Part shown: piece after piece, positions 1 through 11,972 of the stretch
Numbering within the stretch: position 1 is the stretch's first letter
Layout: the number at the start of each line of letters is the position of its first letter
Origin: Azolla caroliniana
Taxonomy: Eukaryota > Plantae > Polypodiophyta
Length of the DNA stretch: 64,000 bases
Assembly (NCBI GenBank): GCA_043228905.1
Contig: JBHGNT010000001.1
Location: 26,846,001 to 26,910,000 of the forward strand
Direction: 5' to 3'
Position numbers and translations under genes: made by a program
The notes under the pieces: generated by a model
Told to the model about the DNA's origin: nothing
Database searches by the model: none
Seen by the model: the letters and a program-made list of their open reading frames with translations, nothing else

Positions 1-939
1 CAGGTACACCACGTTGCTTTTCATCGCCTCGGCGAAGTCCCCGGAGTCTTTCCGGATGTGTCCAACCGCATCACACCACATGCACCTGTTTCCAGCCAGA
101 GGTCGTCAGTCACGGCCCTGTTTGCCACTGTCCCTCCGTGCCTGGGCGATCTGGAGATCCTTTACCATCCGCGTCAGTTCCTCCAGAGCTGCTCCCCCGG
201 ACCAGCCCTTGACCATGCCAGTCGAATCTGATCCGGTCTCGAGCCAATCTCGGGTCTCTTCCCCTCGCGTTGGTGGTGTTGGCTCGTGCTTCCTTGCTGC
301 GACAGGGCCCGCCCCCGTCGATCCTTTGTCCACCCATTCCCGTTGTTTGTCGAAACGGCCACAAACCCTCTTCACCACGGCCCAATCGGCCGTTAGCCCA
401 TCATCAGTCTCCAATAGGAGGCCTACTTGCTCCCGATCCCGCTTGTCAACTGACTTAACAAACAATAGGACACGGCTTGTGTCCAGAACGGTTCGGTCAA
501 GCACCGAGAGGCGCGCGAAGCGTTCCTCAAACTCCCGAAGGAGCACCGACACGTTCCTTCCTTTGTCGGGGGTCTCCACCCACTCCATGAAGTCCCGCTT
601 CGAAAGTCGAAGCGCATCTTCAAGCCCGTATTTTTCGAGGAGCCGACCTTCGAACTCCTCCTAGGTCCGGCTCTCGGCCCGTACCTCGAGCACCTCCGAA
701 TGGATGCCCGGCATCGCCACTCGAGGGAATCCGGCTAGACACCTCTCTTCCAGAATGTCCCTCATTACCATCTCAGCCCGGTAGGACGCCAAGTAGCTCG
801 TGGCATCCTTCCCACTAAAACGGCCGATCGTACCGACAACCGCCTCGATAGCCCTATCAAGGGCGCCTGTGCCTTCGCGCGCACTCACTATACGGTTCAC
901 AGCCGAAGCCATGGCTTCTGCGAGGTCCGACCCCCTCAT
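1..939 (-). pseudogene. gag: Gag of Ty3/Gypsy element B' (B lineage); one in-frame stop at 661-663; runs off the window
   Basis: ORFs 661..939 and 106..588 lie in one minus-strand reading. The C-terminal part (EETRDWLETG..GGAALEELTRMVKDLQIAQ, then CMWCDAVGH knuckle) matches the gag at 19649-19900. The ATG is about 20 nt after the PBS. Confidence 0.85.
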
Positions 940-960
940 CTTCTACTCCTCTGCCGCCTG

Positions 961-978
961 TTCACGTCGGGTTCACCA
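961..978 (-). promoter_or_regulatory. Primer-binding site complementary to tRNA-Trp
   Basis: Plus strand TTCACGTCGGGTTCACCA equals the 3' 18 nt of plant cytosolic tRNA-Trp as I recall it. It lies 4 nt (TATT) inside the LTR end. Confidence 0.85.
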
Positions 979-982
979 AATA

Positions 983-1671
983 TGTTGCGTTGTTACGCGC
1001 GTGCGTGGAGAACAAGGCGGGACCACTGGGGTCTTGGACCGAGGAATAGGTGAGGAAAAAGAGAGAGAGAGAGAGAGAGAGAGATCACTCACGTATAGAC
1101 AAAGAAACGCACGGGGACGCCGCACAACAACACAGGAGACACGAATTGAGAACACTAGAGTATGTACGTAAATATAGGCATGTATTTGTATGTATGCAGA
1201 CGACTTGAACGATTACAGCCGATCAGGTCGACGAGGTGGATGCCGACGCCTGATCACCCACGCACACAGGAGAGCAAGATGGAGATTCTGCCGGAAGCTC
1301 ACAGGCGTTCCACGGAGCAGAATCAACCTCCTGAGAACCTGCGCAAAAGAAACTATGGAGAACGACAGAGAAGAAGAGCTCGGTCCCAGTCCGACAACAC
1401 TTCGTTCCCTCTAGCGCGTGATCCCCTTCTCTCCCCGTCTCCCTCTCTTTTATAGCTCAAGGAGGGAGGCCGTCTTACCCGTTTACATCACATTAATTCT
1501 CTGTCCTTTCGGGCAGAGATACTCCTCGATTCTCCCTATAGAATATTACTACCTAGGATCTGACATTTGTGCCTACCTATCTACTATACAACAAAGGGCG
1601 TGCCCACATGTAAGGGCCGGTTCACACACGCTGTACACAGTTTGCCCCTGGGGACGGTTTTCTTCACGACA
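983..1671 (-). repeat. 5' LTR of Gypsy element B'
   Basis: Minus strand reads TGTCGTGAAGAAAACCGTCC...GCAACA, the same start as the LTRs at 19404 and 24625. Contains a (GA)n tract. Outer flank is ATGT. Confidence 0.85.
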
Positions 1672-1675
1672 ATGT

Positions 1676-4528
1676 AGAATCCACCCTGACACCGTAACCA
1701 ACAACATGATTCACGCTGCTCTGAACCTTGCGCGAGGCGGAGACCATGAGGTTGAAATCCCTCCCCAGTCGACCCTCAAGGAATATTTTGGGATGTATTC
1801 AATGTCGGGAAAAGCTTACCGCACTTACGGAGGGCCAAACAAGGCTTTTGGGGAGATCGCCCGGATTTTGATGGAATATGCCTTTGTGCATACAAATCCC
1901 ACGAGTATGCCACAATTAAAGCTGCCATCATCATCAGAGCATATGAAGGCGACAAAATCGATTGGGGAATCATCACCGGTGAAGGAGTCCGTGCAACACT
2001 AGAATCTTTTCAAATCGGTAAGCGATTGTTGCATGTGATTAATTATTTCCTCACAGTCCTCTACCCACCTCCTTCATTTTCCCCTCGTCGCATCTTTACC
2101 TCCCCGCCACCACCACCACGGAAACAACGGGAGAAGATTTTGGTGTTAACCCAGGAAGAATGGGAAGACCCCTCGCCTTCTCCACCTCCCTCGGCCGTTC
2201 GAAATCCTACTTCCGCCTCGGCACCACCCCCACCAAAAACACAGAAGCAACGGGCGTTAACAGTGACCCGTGTCGAATGGGACGAGGCCGAGGAGCCCAT
2301 CACTGAGGATGTCACCATACGACAAAAGCCACCAAGGACATTAATGCCCTCTCCACAACCGAGCCCACGCCTCACAAACTAGCAGCCCTCGGGCATACGG
2401 CAACAAAAGAGGAAACAAGCCGAGGAGGCAACACCACCGGCCCCGGACTCACAGGATCCGCCGAAAACAAGACGGCGCATCAATCGAGACGCGACCACTG
2501 AAACCGAGGACACCCAGCATCAGAAATAAAAAGAGGCCAACCCGACCTCCACAGCCATGGTACTAGTGGAGTCATGGTACCAAGTAGGTAAGATCGAGCA
2601 TGGACAAACCACACATATATCAGAGGAGGAAGTCCTCAGTTACAAAGACCTCCCCGCGGAGGCATATGAGTTTAGTGCACTCTTTCGACTGGGCACAACA
2701 TAGGAGTTAATGGATTTCCTCGCGCATGCCCAAGTAGCTACCGCCACTCGTATGGCTGAGGAGCACGTGGAAACAAAGATGATCCAACACGCTCTAATGG
2801 GAGAAATCGAACCTCACGAGGATCAAGCCTTATAGAAGATAGGGCAGAAAAGGCAAGCACAGAACACTTCTCTCCTCATGGAGCTACCAGATCTGAACAC
2901 GGCCTTAGTCGAGGCATATCGAAATTTGCACCACACAACTCGGGTAGTCAAGGACATGGACTGACGTATCAAAACGGCACACTAACAAGCCAAACAGGTT
3001 ATCAAGCTATGGCAAGCCGTCGAGGAGAAACTGGCGTCATTAGAGCAGCAACATCAAGAACAGCCTCCCTGCGCCGAGTAACGATGTCCCACCAACCCCT
3101 CTCCGAACCCGAGCCTGAGTGCTACTATTACCGAAGTACATAACGACGACACAGCTCACCCCAGGGTAACCACGGTCGATAAGGGAGTCATCATCACGGG
3201 CAAATATAAGCCCACACCCACAAACCAGCCACGCTTCCACGCAAACACCACCACCACCTGTCTTCATGGAAAGATCTAGACAGATGGACAGGGAACCCAC
3301 TCCCCGAAACCAGCAAGCGGCAACCCAGACAAGACCTCCGCTTCATGACTACCAAGAGGAGCTTAAGGCCCAGATCGCTCTAGCCGAGTTAGCAGAACAA
3401 AACCACAACAACATTATTGGCCAACTACAGGAACAAGCCGCGGGCCGTGAAGCTGACCTCAAGTGACTGCTTGCTGAAAGCTCGGCCACACTCAAAGAAC
3501 AAGAAAGAGAGGTGATGACCCTTTAGGTCGCTATCACCAAGGCCAAAGAACGATTCATCAAAGAAGCTGAGAGGAATAGCCAACGGGAACGCAAGCTATT
3601 CACAGACAACTGCGAATTACGCCGTCAACAAAGGGCATTAGAGGAATTGGCAAATGAACACATGCAAAACTGGAGGATCTCTGAAGAGCAAAGGGCGAAA
3701 ATTTTGCGATGCGTATCACCAGTTGCAAACAAAGCACATCGCTGCCAGAGAACGACATTGGGACGCTTGGAGACAGGACATGGACGAAACTGTAGCTCAG
3801 CTCACCAAACGTTATGAGCAGACAATCGTGCTCATAACCGAAAAAGCAAAAGATAACCAAGCTACTTTAGCGCTCCTCGTCCGCAAAAGCCAAGAAGACA
3901 CCAAGGTCGCAAGGGAGGAAGTGGAAGTTCACCGAGCTAGCATCGGCATGGACGATACTAAAATAAAGATCATGATCAATTCACCAAGAAGATCGAGGAA
4001 ACGCTCTACCACGTCTGGCAAGAGTGGTCAGCCCAAGCCGCTGAACTACACATACTACGAGCGGACACTAAGAACTGAAGGAAGGAGGGCCGAGGGTTTT
4101 ACAAGATGGATGACACCAGCATCCAGACCCTCCGTGAAGACTTGACTGAGGAATATCATACCTTAGCAGCATCCCACACCGCGGCCATCGAGCAACTTCT
4201 AGAGGAATTCAACGACGATCTAATGGTGTTCCGTTTAGAAGCCGAAGCTTACGAGGAGGAACGCCTAGCTACCAGGACTAAAAGAGCTCCCACGACCAAT
4301 GAGCAAGAACTTGAGCCAACCACCATGGAAGCCAGACATGAGGAACCTGCCCCTACAGATCCCCACATCCCAACCGAGCCACAAACTACAACCACGACCC
4401 TGCCCGAATCGGAACCAATAGAGGGCGGTGCACGCGACGACACAACCATCCCCGACTCGGCAGCCCAACCCCACCTTCCGAGTAGCCAGACCAACCCCAC
4501 GGCCCCGAGGATATCCTCAACATATTAG
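1676..4528 (+). pseudogene. Degenerate accessory ORF of A0 (globular domain, Pro-rich linker, coiled coil, P/T/E-rich tail)
   Basis: Fragments 1418..2002 (EIPPQSTLKEYFGMYSMSGKAYRT), 2627-2930 (AYEFSALF..MELPDLN), 3266-4145 and 4106..4528 align in order with fragments at 16441-19200. Many stops and frameshifts. Confidence 0.75.
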
Positions 4529-4661
4529 AGGATTAAAACAAACCCATATAAACGGGCTAATTTTGTAAAGAATTTTTTGTTTTTGCAAAATCCATGGTTA
4601 TCCCTCCACTTTGTGAATCGTGGGTCCGACGGAGAAAGTCCTGTCTCACGGGAGTGCCAGG

Positions 4662-5122
4662 TGTTGTCCATAGGCCAGAAATATAAATACATTATGTAAA
4701 CTCACTGGTAGGTAGAATAGTAGGTGAGGAAATAGGTAGAACTAGAAATAGTCGAGTTTTTAGCCCTCACAATCAGCCGATGGCTCAGCTCTGTCTAAGG
4801 AGGAAAACTATATAAACTGAGATCTACATACCTCAAGGGGGGCACCTAGATTATTTAGCAAGATTACTATCGTAGCACTAAGCTCTACACAAACTGTTTT
4901 CGACCGAGAGCCGTGTACTGTAATCGTTGTGAGATTCTCATTTAATATAAATCTCGTTCTTACTGTTCCTTCATTTGGGTATTCTCCTCGGTACTCGCAA
5001 CCGAGCTACGTCTATGCCTAACGGGTTGTAGCCCGTATACGCTCCTCGTTCTCATATTGTCTTCTCAGTGTAGAAGAGGTTTCCACGTAACATGACCCCT
5101 TGATACCGATAGCACGTGGGCT
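4662..5122 (+). repeat. 3' LTR of A0, left part (remainder 30673-30705)
   Basis: TGTTGTCC start preceded by the same 40-nt motif as the 3' LTR of A. TATA-like TATATAAA near 4809. Confidence 0.7.
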
Positions 5123-5572
5123 TGTTGTCCGCCGGAATAGTAACCGACGGACAAGTGCGCAGTAATATGGAATAGAATAACATTGTAATGCATGTAATGG
5201 TTCACGTGGGAAGCGTGAACGGCTAAAAGACCCTGCATATATAAAGGGCAGAAAACCTCTGATAGAGGTAGCGTGTAATTTTGAATGTAAAAGGCGTATC
5301 ATAATAGAGTTCTATCTTCTCTAAGATTTGTGCGTAGGTGTGGTTAATCTACTGTGTGTCTGTAATCCTTAAGAGTGTAGGCGTAAGTAACGGTGTGTGC
5401 GCTAGCCAACTGTCTAAGGAGCTTGGTTGTAGCCGTCTCCCCTTATACGTTGCTAGGTTACAGGAAGTATCCCACTAAGTATTACGCACAGACGCTACCA
5501 TTCGTTGTCACACAGTCACTTGGAGGTCTAGGTCAAAGGACTGACCATAGACCGTGTTCGTAATTGGTAACA
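5123..5572 (+). repeat. 5' LTR of element A
   Basis: Colinear with the reassembled 3' LTR. TG..CA ends. TATATAAA near 5238. Confidence 0.9.
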
Positions 5573-5576
5573 CTTT

Positions 5577-5591
5577 TGGCACACTTGGTGA
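5577..5591 (+). promoter_or_regulatory. Degenerate PBS, probably tRNA-Arg(UCU)
   Basis: TGGCACACTTGGTG versus expected TGGCACGCCCGGTG: 11/14 match, and all mismatches are C>T or G>A transitions. Lies 4 nt after the LTR. Confidence 0.55.
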
Positions 5592-5799
5592 TCTGTGTCT
5601 TCTCACAGAAGAATAACGACGAATGGAGGTTTAGCCGCAGACGCCCCAGAGAACCAACACGATAAGACCGGCCAATCACAAGGTCCATCACACGCCAGGT
5701 ACAGGAACGCGCTTGGCAAAAGCCTCACCTCAGCAACCTCAGTACTACCTATCGAAACCACAAAGGCGATTTCTCGCTCTCCAAATACCTTGGCGATAC

Positions 5800-7306
5800 A
5801 CGGGAAGCACGCTCAGCACAGCAGCATTGTGGTCTATCCTTGTCCGCCGTAGCACCCAGGATGGCCTTTGCCTATCCCTGCTTTAACGGCGAAACCGACG
5901 CCGCAACCCACATTCGCCTGTTCCTCAATGTCTGGAATGCAAACCACATGGCGGAGCCTTTCTAAGGCAGTAACACAGTAGTCTAAAATGACGGAGCTCG
6001 GATTAACCTTGGATGGGAAAGCGGCGTTTTGGCATTTGCAAATGGATCTGCCAGCAATCACGACCTTTGAGCAGCTGCAATCCCTCTTTTTGCGGTTCTT
6101 TCATCGGAGGGTGCCGCAACGCGAGATGCTCGGGCAGTTCTACATAGTTAAGCAACTGCTCGGGCCCGGCGGAGGACAAGGCCAGGGAGACATTTCTGGC
6201 AGCATTATGTTGACCCATACGGACAACACTCAACAACAATAGCTTGAAAGGGGAAACAGACAGTATGGTCATAGAAAGAGCGCTATAGCTCGAGCTGGAC
6301 AAAGAAGAGGAAAGGTTTTCCATGTCTTCATTACGACAAGCGTTACCTTAGGACGAGGAACGACATTTTCTTCAAGCGATCCAGTGCAACATGGAGTGCA
6401 ACATGCGAAACCACTATCCAATCTGTCACTCGAAAGCTCACACAGTTGAGTAGTGTGAGTACAATATGTTGAGCAGAGCCACGCCCACAGTACGCAGCGT
6501 GGACACACATCGTCCCCTACGCCGTAATGAACAAAGGAGGCAGGAAGACCGACCACGGTATATGGATTGCAATCCACACGACAAAAGGCACTACCGGAAT
6601 CGTCGGAATCACAACGATTCCGAGGAAGACGAGCTGGAGGATGAAGACTACCGTGGCCACCCCAGACATACTAAAGGGGGCCGGCGCTATGAGAATTACC
6701 GGCCGACAAACAAACGTGGCGGCTTCGATGGACCTCATGGAAAGCATTGGCAATATCGGGACCACCGACGGTATGACGAAAGTTCGGACGATGACCGGCA
6801 CCAGGAACCACACCGAGACCAACAACCACCACCGCGTATGCTCCGACAAACGAAGCAGGACCGGGAGGAGCAAGTCACACCAGGGGATCGGTACACACCA
6901 CTAGGGGCCGAGAGAGGCGAATCTAGCATCCATTGTTTTGTTTGTCAATAGCTCGGACATTATGCCACGCAATGCCCAGTATGCAAGGGCAAGGGGCCCG
7001 CCGTCAATACGATTACGACAAAAGTGCAACAAGTCACGACACGTCAGCAAACAAAAACGGTTGATTGGGCCGCGCAAGATGAGATACGGCGAACAGCCCA
7101 GGCATGGGTTGAAAAAGCAAACGCAACAAATGTGGAGCGCATGCGGAAGGAATCCGCAAACACGGTGGAGGTATTGGAGGATGAGGGACCATCCCTGGAC
7201 CCCATTTGGCAAGCACTGGTAGGTTGCGAGATAACGTTAAACATGGAGAAGCTACTACAACTAGTCCCACGATTCCGCCAGACCATGGAAGAGCGGGTGA
7301 CGGGTA
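5800..7306 (+). pseudogene. gag: Gag of element A (disrupted)
   Basis: LTLDGKAAFWH capsid-like motif (5988..6242). CCHC knuckle CFVCQ*LGHYATQC near 6935-6977. Continues after the Copia insertion. Confidence 0.75.
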
Positions 7307-7899
7307 TGTTGGGATTACGGTCCCTCCGGATGGGATGGTCGAATGTCCGGAGCCGGATGATGAAGACCCCGGCTACGGAGCCGGATGATGAATGTACCCG
7401 GAGAGAGATCCGGATGCGGGGACATATTTGTGAATATGTTTGCCAAGGGCCCTCGAGGCTATATTTGTAAATAGCCCAAAAGTCATATGTGTATAAATAT
7501 GACTTAGGGCAAACAGTTTTATGTTGTTGCTCATTTTTCTGGTTTTTTACTTAGAGAGAGCTAAGTGAGCAGCCAAGAGAGAGAGAGAGAGAGAGAGAGA
7601 GACGAAGAGGTCGTTGCCTCTGTGTATTACCGCCGCCTGTGGCGAAGACAGTGAGCTCAAGGTTGTTGCCTTGTAGCTTCACCATTGTACACCTCTGTTT
7701 ATAGTGATAGTTGGAGTTTGAGGACTCCCGTGGTTTTTTTCCCATTTAGGGTTTTCCACGTAAAATATCCTGTGTACTCTTCTCTCTATTGTCTTCGTGC
7801 ATTTTGTATTTCCCGTTTTCTGAGAGTTGATCCTATTCCTCGGTTGTGGCCGAGCGCGGTTTCCAGCAAAGTGGTATCAGAGCGAGGTTAACACAGAAA

Positions 7900-10185
7900 A
7901 TGGAAGGCGGCGGCAGTGGGCCTCCGGGCATGATGGTGTTGAACTCACAGAATTACGCCGACTGGAAGATAAAGATGGAAGACCTTCTCATCGTCCGAGA
8001 CCTGTACGAACCGATCGACAATGCCGAGATACCCAAGGGGGTAATAGAGTCGGAGTGGAAGCTCCTGAACCGGAAAGCCGTAGCGACGATCCGGCAATAT
8101 GTCGATGTAAGTGTCCTGCAACATGTGGCGAACGATACGAACGCCTATGAGATGTGGCAGAAGCTGTCCGGACTGTATGAGAGGAAGAATGCCTTGACCC
8201 GGACCTCCCTGATGAGGAAGATAGTGAATCTTAAGTACCGGGACGGCGAGAGCATGGTCGAACACGTCAGCACGTTCATGGGATTCGTGAACCAGCTTGC
8301 GGCGATCAAGTTCCCGTTGGATGACGCAATGCAAGCCATCATGCTGATGTGTACCCTTCCGGAGAGTTGGGAGAACTTGGTAGTTACTCTCAGCACCTCC
8401 TGTAAGGAAGAGAACTTGTCTTTACTAACGGTAAAGACAAGTATTATAAATGAAGAAGCGCGTCGGAGAGACAAAGAACCGGCCTCCGACTCGAAGGCGC
8501 TGCTTACCGAATCGGAACGGGGAAGACAACGGAACCGGAGTCCGCAAAGACGGGAGAAGTCGGGGACACGGTCGCAGTCGAGGGGAAGACCTACATGCTT
8601 CTACTGTGGGAAGCCGGGGCACTTCCAGAAGAACTGTCGGCATTTCCGGAAAGACAACGGAACCGACGGTACCGATTCGAAGAAGTCACCGGAGCGAAAC
8701 GGTGCATACCGGGGAGCCACGGACCGGAGAGGTCCGGATCGGCGAGGGCAGGACCGGAAAGGAACGACGGCACTCGCGGCAAGTGAAGAAGAGATAATGC
8801 TCATTACCGAAGAGAGGGAGCTGAACCTTGCCGGTGAAGAGTTGACATGGGTGGTCGATTCCGGAGCGTCGTTCCACCTGACCCCGGAGAAGAAATACTT
8901 CTCATCCTACACAGCCGGTGAGCACGGCTGTGTCCGGATGGGAAATGAAGGTACATGCCGGATTGCCGGCATAGGAGACGTGTGGCTAATGACATCAACC
9001 GGATGCAAGATGCTGCTGAAGGATGTTCGACACGTTCCGGAGGTTCGATTGAACCTGATTTCGGCCGGGAGGCTAGACGATGAAGGCTACACGGGTAGCA
9101 TCCGGAACGGTGTCATGAAGTTCAGCAAAGGGAGCCTGATAGTGGCTCGGGCCCGGAAGGTCAACACACTGTACCTGATGAATTCCCGGCTATGTCCGGA
9201 GGAGTTGAATGTGGCAGCCGACACTGCCGGTGAGCTGTGGCACAAGAGACTGTGCCACATGAGCGAGAAGGGGATGAAGAGGCTTGCCGAAGACAACCTG
9301 ATACCGGTAAAGCACATACACCTGGGGAAGTGTACCGACTGTCTGACCGGTAAGCAAAACCGGACCTCCTTTCGCTCAAGACCACCGATGAGACGTAGTG
9401 TACCATTGGAGTTGGTACACACTGATGTGTGTCAGGTAGAAACAAAGTCACATGGCGGAGCCCAGTACTTCGTAACATTCATAGATGACCATAGCCGGAA
9501 GCTGTGGACGGCACCGTTGAAGACAAAGGACCAAGTATTGTCCGTCTTCAAAGAACTCCACGCGAGAGTGGAAAGGGAATCCGGCAAGAAGCTGAAAGCG
9601 ATACGAGCGGATAACGGAGGGGAATACCGGGGGCAGTTCCATGAGTACTGTCGCTCGAAGGGAATCCGGCTCGAGTTTACTGTGCCGAAGACGCCGGAAC
9701 TGAACGGGCTGGCCGAGAGGATGAACCGGACCATAATGGAGAGGGTCCGGAGTATGTTGGCGCATGCGAAATTACCCAAGGGGTTTTGGGCTGAGGCAAT
9801 GTCGACGGCGACGTATGTGATAAATAGATCACCCTCAGTACCTTTGGACGGAGACACGCCGCAGAAAGTGTGGACCGGTAAGGAAGTGTCCTACCGGCAT
9901 CTGAAGGTGTTCGGGTGTCTCGCATACGTGCATGTGGCAAAGGACCGGAGAGGAAAGTTAGATCCAAAGACCCGGCCATGCATATTCCTCGGTTACGGCG
10001 GCGACGAGTTCGGCTACCGAGTATGGGACCCGGTCGACAAGAAGATATTCAGGAGTCGAGATATCATCTTCATGGAGGACAAGACACTCGCCGACTGGGA
10101 GTCGGAGAAGAAGATGAAGAGCTCCAAGTCGACCGGTGAGGATCAACTCTACGAAGAGCAGTCCCGACCGCAAGGGACCGGTTAG
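7900..10185 (+). CDS. Copia Gag-protease-integrase polyprotein (N-terminal part)
   Basis: ATG at 7900. CFYCGKPGHFQKNC knuckle, WVVDSGASFH protease, LWHKRLCH..C..C, HTDVC/DNGGE/LAERMNRT integrase core. Confidence 0.93.
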   Translation: MEGGGSGPPGMMVLNSQNYADWKIKMEDLLIVRDLYEPIDNAEIPKGVIESEWKLLNRKAVATIRQYVDVSVLQHVANDTNAYEMWQKLSGLYERKNALTRTSLMRKIVNLKYRDGESMVEHVSTFMGFVNQLAAIKFPLDDAMQAIMLMCTLPESWENLVVTLSTSCKEENLSLLTVKTSIINEEARRRDKEPASDSKALLTESERGRQRNRSPQRREKSGTRSQSRGRPTCFYCGKPGHFQKNCRHFRKDNGTDGTDSKKSPERNGAYRGATDRRGPDRRGQDRKGTTALAASEEEIMLITEERELNLAGEELTWVVDSGASFHLTPEKKYFSSYTAGEHGCVRMGNEGTCRIAGIGDVWLMTSTGCKMLLKDVRHVPEVRLNLISAGRLDDEGYTGSIRNGVMKFSKGSLIVARARKVNTLYLMNSRLCPEELNVAADTAGELWHKRLCHMSEKGMKRLAEDNLIPVKHIHLGKCTDCLTGKQNRTSFRSRPPMRRSVPLELVHTDVCQVETKSHGGAQYFVTFIDDHSRKLWTAPLKTKDQVLSVFKELHARVERESGKKLKAIRADNGGEYRGQFHEYCRSKGIRLEFTVPKTPELNGLAERMNRTIMERVRSMLAHAKLPKGFWAEAMSTATYVINRSPSVPLDGDTPQKVWTGKEVSYRHLKVFGCLAYVHVAKDRRGKLDPKTRPCIFLGYGGDEFGYRVWDPVDKKIFRSRDIIFMEDKTLADWESEKKMKSSKSTGEDQLYEEQSRPQGTG

Positions 10186-11972
10186 CACTCGAGGATCCGG
10201 CCGAAGACGGTGAAGAAACAGAACCGGCCGAGGAAGATGAAACTGATACCGGAACCGGCCCCGATCCCGAGATGGATTCGGATGAAGAGGAAACGGAGGA
10301 GCCGGTTACCGAAGCTCCGGAACGGAGATATCCTCTAAGAGAGAGAAGGGCCCCCCAGAGATTCCCGGAACCAGAGCACCTGCTGCTAACCGACGAGGGG
10401 GAGCCGGAGAGTTTTGAAGAAGCAAAGCTTGACACCCATAGCCGCAGGTGGTTAAGTGCCATGCAGGAGGAGATGGATTCCCTGCATGAGAACCACACAT
10501 ATGAACTTGTGGAGTTGCCGAAAGGAAAGCGGGCACTTCGAAACAAGTGGGTGTTCAAGCTGAAACCGGGAGATGCCGGAAACCCCCCGAGATACAAAGC
10601 CAGGATCGTGGTGAAGGGGTTCCAGCAGAAGAAGGGCGTCGACTTCGACGAGATATTTGCCCCGGTAGTGAAGATGACCTCCATCCGGACGGTGCTGAGC
10701 ATAGCGGCAAGCATGGACCTCGAGGTAGAACAGATGGACGTGAAGACGGCATTCCTTCACGGTGACCTCGAAGAAGAGATCTACATGCAGCAACCGAAAG
10801 GATTCGAGAAGAAAGGGAAGGAGCACCTGGTATGCCGGTTGAAGAAGAGCCTTTACGGACTGAAGCAGGCTCCCCGGCAATGGTACCGGAAGTTCGACTC
10901 CTTCATGACCGACGAAGGGTACCACAAAACGCAGTCCGATCACTGCGTGTTTGTGAAGAAGTTCGAAGGAGGAGACTTTCTAATACTCCTCCTGTACGTG
11001 GACGACATGTTGATCGTCGGACGGGACCAGGGCAAGATACGGATGCTGAAGAAAGCGCTTCACCGAACCTTCTCAATGAAGGACCTGGGTCCGGCGAGGC
11101 AAATACTAGGGATGCACATCATCCGGGACCGGAAGAAGAAGCAGTTGTGGCTGTCACAGGAGAAGTACGTGACAAAGGTGCTTCACCGGTTCAACATGTC
11201 GGAAGCAAGACCGGTCGGATCGACCCTCCCGGCAAACTGCAAGTTGTCCAGCAAGCAAAGCCCCAAGACAAAGGCTGAGAAGGAGGACATGATGAAAGTA
11301 CCATATGCCTCTGCCGTCGGAAGCTTGATGTACGCAATGGTGTGTACAAGACCGGACATAGGATATGCAGTCGGAGTGGTGAGCCGGTACATGAGCAATC
11401 CCGGCAAAGAGCACTGGAACGCGGTCAAGTGGATACTCCGATACCTGAAGGGCACGGCAAACGTGTGCCTCCGATTCGGCTCCGGTAAGCCCGAACTCGA
11501 CGGCTTTACCGATTCGGATATGTCGGCTGATGCAGACACCAGCCGGTCCACATCAGGGTATGTGATGACGTATGCAAGGGGAGCTGTTTCGTGGCAGTCG
11601 AGGCTGCAGAAGACGGTTGCGTTGTCAACCACGGAGGCGGAGTACATGGCGGCTGTTGAAGCCGGCAAGGAAATAATATGGATGAAGGACTTCATTAGAG
11701 AGCTCGGTATCCGGCAGGAGGAGTACCGACTCTACTGCGACAGTCAGAGTGCCATCCACCTTGCGAAGAACGCGGCCTATCACTCCCGGACGAAGCACAT
11801 CCAGCGAAGATATCACTGGATCCGGGAAAGGATAGAAGACAAGGAGTTCGTGCTGACGAAGATCCACACGGACGAGAACGGGTCAGACATGCTGACCAAA
11901 GTGCTCACACCCGACAAGCTGGAAGCGTGCCGGAAGAGGGTCGGACTGGAAAGACATCCCATGCCGAAGTGA
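10140..11972 (+). CDS. Copia RT-RNase H part of the polyprotein (other frame; overlaps the upstream ORF at 10140-10185)
   Basis: QMDVKTAFLHG, LYGLKQAPRQW, LLYVDDML, DSQSAIHLA..HSRTKHI motifs. This frame is open from about 10140 to the TGA at 11970-11972. Confidence 0.9.
   Translation, partial: GSTLRRAVPTARDRLALEDPAEDGEETEPAEEDETDTGTGPDPEMDSDEEETEEPVTEAPERRYPLRERRAPQRFPEPEHLLLTDEGEPESFEEAKLDTHSRRWLSAMQEEMDSLHENHTYELVELPKGKRALRNKWVFKLKPGDAGNPPRYKARIVVKGFQQKKGVDFDEIFAPVVKMTSIRTVLSIAASMDLEVEQMDVKTAFLHGDLEEEIYMQQPKGFEKKGKEHLVCRLKKSLYGLKQAPRQWYRKFDSFMTDEGYHKTQSDHCVFVKKFEGGDFLILLLYVDDMLIVGRDQGKIRMLKKALHRTFSMKDLGPARQILGMHIIRDRKKKQLWLSQEKYVTKVLHRFNMSEARPVGSTLPANCKLSSKQSPKTKAEKEDMMKVPYASAVGSLMYAMVCTRPDIGYAVGVVSRYMSNPGKEHWNAVKWILRYLKGTANVCLRFGSGKPELDGFTDSDMSADADTSRSTSGYVMTYARGAVSWQSRLQKTVALSTTEAEYMAAVEAGKEIIWMKDFIRELGIRQEEYRLYCDSQSAIHLAKNAAYHSRTKHIQRRYHWIRERIEDKEFVLTKIHTDENGSDMLTKVLTPDKLEACRKRVGLERHPMPK

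Noticed and set aside
14-664. 216-aa plus-strand ORF and many other antisense ORFs over GC-rich retroelements
   Set aside because: They are shadows of gag/pol on the opposite strand or alternative frames, with no independent motifs.
961-978. Possible tRNA-Trp gene
   Set aside because: Only the 3' 18 nt including CCA are present, next to an LTR, so this is a PBS.
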